A DNA stretch of 63,510 nucleotides, counting the filler, from Platydemus manokwari (lineage: Eukaryota): assembly GCA_037951405.1 (NCBI GenBank). It is 6 parts of 6 records of this genome, joined end to end, with 100 filler letters (N's around TTAATTAATTAA, not from the genome) between each part and the next. Parts side by side here need not be neighbours in the genome. Positions count along the whole stretch, not along the records: positions 53,381 to 63,510 come from JBBMOY011165880.1; 5 more parts are not named here. One strand, written 5' to 3'. Below the pieces are notes generated by a model. That model ran no database searches and was not told where the DNA came from. It was given only the letters and a program-made list of their open reading frames with translations. Position numbers and translations under genes: made by a program. Of the stretch, positions 58,977-63,510 are shown one piece after another (positions within the stretch are counted from its first letter, which is position 1; every line of letters starts with the position of its first letter).

Positions 58977-61900
58977 TATATATATTTAGCATGATTGGTT
59001 TGGTTTTTTCTCAAGTATTTATATTTGATTTGATTAATGATGTAAAAAAGTCTGTAAAGAAGACCTTGACTTCGAATATTTACCTTGATTGATATTTTGA
59101 AGGTGTCTAATAATAGAGATTATTTTATTCTGAGTTAATTTTTATTTATTTCATATCGGTTGAATCTTGTCAATAGTGCATATTTTTGATTTTTTTGTAG
59201 TATATATATTTTCTTAGTAATAGAATTATTTGATGTCAATAATTTTAAGTGGATTTTTCAAAATTATCCATTGCACTGAATATTTTGAATATAGAAAAAT
59301 ATGAAAATACTAAGATAATAATGATAATAGGCTTATTTAGTATCTGATGGAATAAAAATAATTAAGTTTAACCAATTAGTACTCTTCAAATTCAAAACGC
59401 ACAATGTAATTGATCTAGATTAAAAGAAATTAATTAACATCTACAATTTAATAGTTTTAATCATTGAATATCAATTATAGACGAATTTCATTTCATTTTT
59501 GTTCCAAAGAAAGGGTAATTTTTGATAAAAATAATGTAGTATTCTGTAAATTTTGGTGTTTTGAAGAATTTTTTTAATTTATGTAAATGAGTTTTCAAAT
59601 TTTATTCAGTACTAAATTAATTGTATAAATGCTTCTGAATCAATGATTTAATGGATCTTATCCAGAATTATAAAATCCAAATCAACTAAGTGGACAAATA
59701 ATTATTCATATTGCATGTATGTTCAGTTATGTCATTTGATAAATTATTTGGGATCAATTTGATATCCATTGGGTTCTTAAATAAATTCGAAATNNNNNNN
59801 NNNATTTTATTAGTCTGTTGATTGAATAAATATTTATTTCAATTATATGCACAGTCTTTTTAGTTTCAAGAAGAGCAACTTTGATAGATATTTGATTTTG
59901 TCTCAATATTTTAACTATTTTACTTTTAAAAAGGCGTTTATGATATCCTTAATATCTTTTGGTGCGACAGCGACTCCTGTTCAATGTAAAAATGTTTAAT
60001 GAAAATAAATAAAGTGATACTAATCCAAAATTATAAATTTCGTATTAATTAGTATTATTGTTTTGTATAATAAGTACTTTTTTTGAATTTTGTATTTCAT
60101 AATTTTTTCATTTTATAAATATTTACTGCTTTATTTTTGCAATGTGATTTTTAGAAGTGCGGGCACTAAATATTATTAACCGAATATGCTTTTTGGAAGA
60201 AAATATGATTTACATTTGATAGTTGATTTGTTATAAATTGATTTCGGAAGAACCATCATTGGTGAATACGGTTTATTACATATTATATAAAGTAAATTTT
60301 GTTTACAGACTTCACTTAGAGCTAAATAACAAAAAGCTAGTGTTATTTCATTTTTTACAATTAATTATACACCGTTATCCCGTAATCTGTTTCCAAACAG
60401 ATAATAATTGATCAAAGACAATGCAATTTTTATTGTCCACACGAAGGTTCCTTATAATTTGCAACTTTTCTCATTAGGAAATTTTCTACTATATATAAGA
60501 AATTTAATTTTTTTTAATTTTTGTATATTTACATTGCATTTTACAATTAATAACTATTTTTGATATATAAACTTTGATATTTCGTTCATATTCTTTAATT
60601 GTTAGTATTTGTTATCTAATTTTGAAAATCATATTATTTACAAATTTAGGTTGTATGTAATCATGACATATGTACCTTATCTCGTTATAATCAGTAGGTA
60701 TCTTATTAATGCATATTTAGGTAGTATGTTCATAATGATGAAATAATATTTTAATTAATGAATTCATAAGAAGACTTTGAGCGCATTTTTTTCTGCTTGT
60801 GATGTCCTTAGATAATTTAGTAGGTAAATTACTTATGTTCGCCTAATTGAAATGTTAAAGCTTATGGCCAATATTTTAAATAAACACGTCACTTAATGTT
60901 ACCGCAGTTTGCTTATAAAAATATAGCTAAAGTCTATTTAACATTAAATTATAAGGTTGAGCATCAACGATTAAAAATCTTAGAATTCGATTTAGTACAT
61001 ATAATTGATTATTAATATCAATGTCACCCAAACATTCTCAACTATTATCAATTGTCTGAATTGATAAGTATCGAAAATAAACTGAATAACTACTGTCTAT
61101 TTTATGTTTGTCTAACAATATTTATGCTTGACATTTTTATTGCGTTTATTTCTTATCATAACACAAAATCATTACATTATCATTAAAACATTATTCTAAA
61201 AATTCATTAGTCGTCGCTAATTTCGTATTCTTTGTCATAACACAATTTATGAAAACCCCTTAGGAGAACTTAGAATTAGTGAATTTCGATACGAGGCAAT
61301 AATATTACTACATTACGCAGCATTATTTTTTGCCAAGAAGAACTTTCAATGATTTGTCGACGGAAAATTCTTCTTTTAAAAATATGCTTATAAAAAAAAT
61401 AGATATTAAAATGACAATAAAAAGGAAAAAATAAAATTCAATTTCTAAAATTTCAATAAATTTTCAGTAAAATTTCAATTTGAATTCGAAATAAGATAGA
61501 AATATTAAAAGAGAAAAATAAAATTAAAAATATGATCCTGGTGAACAACACCGCAAAACTTAAGGAATAAAACAGTATGCAACACGCTTTTTAAGCGAAG
61601 TGGGTATATAAAGCTGAGCACTAACGTAAAACTCGGACAAATAGTAATATTACAAATTAATCAATAATTTGAAATGAAATGCTTTATTGTAAAGCAACAT
61701 CAAATATTTATTGAAACGCAGCATTACAACTACTTCTGACTCCATTGAGGTGTGTACGGAATTGCTACATCAATGAATCTATGAAAAACTGCCAACAATG
61801 TGATTTTTTATAAATATTAATATGTGAATATATTTTCCTTTTTTGCCTTGAGTTTCTATAAATAAAATGAACGCGGGAACGGATTCCTAAATAATAATAA

Positions 61901-63510
61901 TAAATTAATTAATAAGATAATAATAATGGCATTATAAAAGTAAATTAATAAATATTATATAATATTTCTAGCATAATTAGGAATACTATGTATGTTTAAA
62001 TTTTTAATGGTTCTAGATGCCTTTAGTAATACTTATGACGTGCAGGTTACCTAAACGTATTGAAGATACTAAATGTTGTGAGTTAATATCAATTGATATC
62101 TAGTTGATATCTTAAAATGCCGATTATAATAGTGATAAAATTAAAACTTCGACTTGGGTAATCGTAATTTATTTACAAAATGATAATTTGAACAAATGAA
62201 TAAAACATTAGAAAGGTGTTCAGCATATTGCGTTGTCCACCCAACGCATATACGTAAAAGGTACCAATAAGAGTTGACTGAAAATTTATTTATAAACTAA
62301 ATTATTATTTGCGTTGATTGTAAAATAGTGCAATGAAAATATAATCAAAATATTTACTAGCAATTGAAATAGCTTGTTGATAAAAAATTTTTTTTACTTT
62401 AATAAATTCATTTTAACAAAGTTTCTTCAATAGCATCTAATAGAATAATAAATTTCTCGCCGAATTATAGCTTCAGGTAGAATAAAAATTTCTTCGTCGA
62501 TTGCTATTCTTGTAGTGATATATTTTATGGATAGTTTACATTGATCTGTGCTCTCTATATGTACCAAAATTTGTGCGATTGTCGTGTGGCACTGCTTTAT
62601 TTTGTTGATATTAACTTTATTCATAGAATACAGTATAATACACTCTTCAGAATGGAATCTACTTAATTTCCTAATAAACACCCGTACTTTTGAATCAAGA
62701 TTAATCGAAATCGATCAAATTCAGAACAGTAAGATAATACTAGGATTAAAATTCTTAAACAGAAATAAACATAAAATTCAACTAATAAATTAATATAATA
62801 ATTGCTATAACTTGGATCATCGAACTTGATATTTGGGCTCTTAATTGGGATTTGAGAAATTTGTTTAAATGTATACAACTTGCGGTTGGTTGAGATTTAG
62901 AATTAGTTTAGATTATGGTTGGGTTGTTGTTGTGCTTTATTTATTACTGAGTGCTGAATACTGAACATTATTGGATGAATTCTCACTCAACATATAGAGT
63001 TAATTAAAAACATTACGGAATAAAAAAGAGATATAATTTAAATATAAATTCTATCAAATCATTTATAAAACTCAATTAACAAGTCTGATTTAAGATTAAA
63101 ACCCATAATAATTCCAATGTCTGACATAAGAGATTGAAGAAAGTCTGTGAATTAAATAGTCTCAACTTTTAAACGATTGCAACAAATAAAAAGGAAAAAT
63201 TCAGGTAGCAAGTAAACATGTATAATTCACTATAAAAATACCAGATTTTTGTGATCGGTAAACCTACCTAGATTTTCTTTGCAAATTTCTTTCATCTTTC
63301 CAGTGATTACCCTTTATTTTATTCCGATCGTGAGACGTGTATAGTTATTTATATTTTATAGATCCAATCACTCATTTTAATTGTAAATGATAATAGGCGT
63401 GTTGCGATTTTATAGTATAGTATGTGTAAGCCACTACTGTTTTATAAAAAACGCATCGAAAACGAACTGAAAAGACTCGACATTCAATTCTATTTTAAAG
63501 ACAATTATTT

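Overview
Very AT-rich eukaryotic (animal) genomic DNA. The window is not contiguous: six contigs of about 9-12 kb (1-12006, 12107-21879, 21980-32273, 32374-44013, 44114-53280, 53381-63510) are joined by artificial N44-TTAATTAATTAA-N44 linkers. Five spliced protein-coding genes were reconstructed by hand. They are NPRL2 (GATOR1 subunit, complete, one GC-AG intron), RBCK1/HOIL-1-like RBR ligase (3'-truncated), a glycerol-kinase-like gene that looks like a membrane-anchored pseudoenzyme, QNG1/C9orf64 (queuosine salvage, complete, 9 exons, almost invisible in the ORF track) and a NEDD4-family WW-HECT ligase (5'-truncated). Introns are bimodal: about 39-59 nt with very weak donors, or mostly 0.8-2.6 kb and often carrying repeats. 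The rest is a transposon graveyard: a full-length but dead pogo DD35D element, hAT and piggyBac-type MITEs, an unclassified TIR MITE family, non-LTR remnants and a decayed Polinton/Maverick-type penton gene. An RBCK1-like gene with tiny introns and extreme AT bias suggests a divergent, possibly parasitic metazoan; the taxon cannot be fixed from the sequence. No rRNA, confident tRNA or CRISPR array was seen. All family assignments come from recalled motifs, not from database searches.
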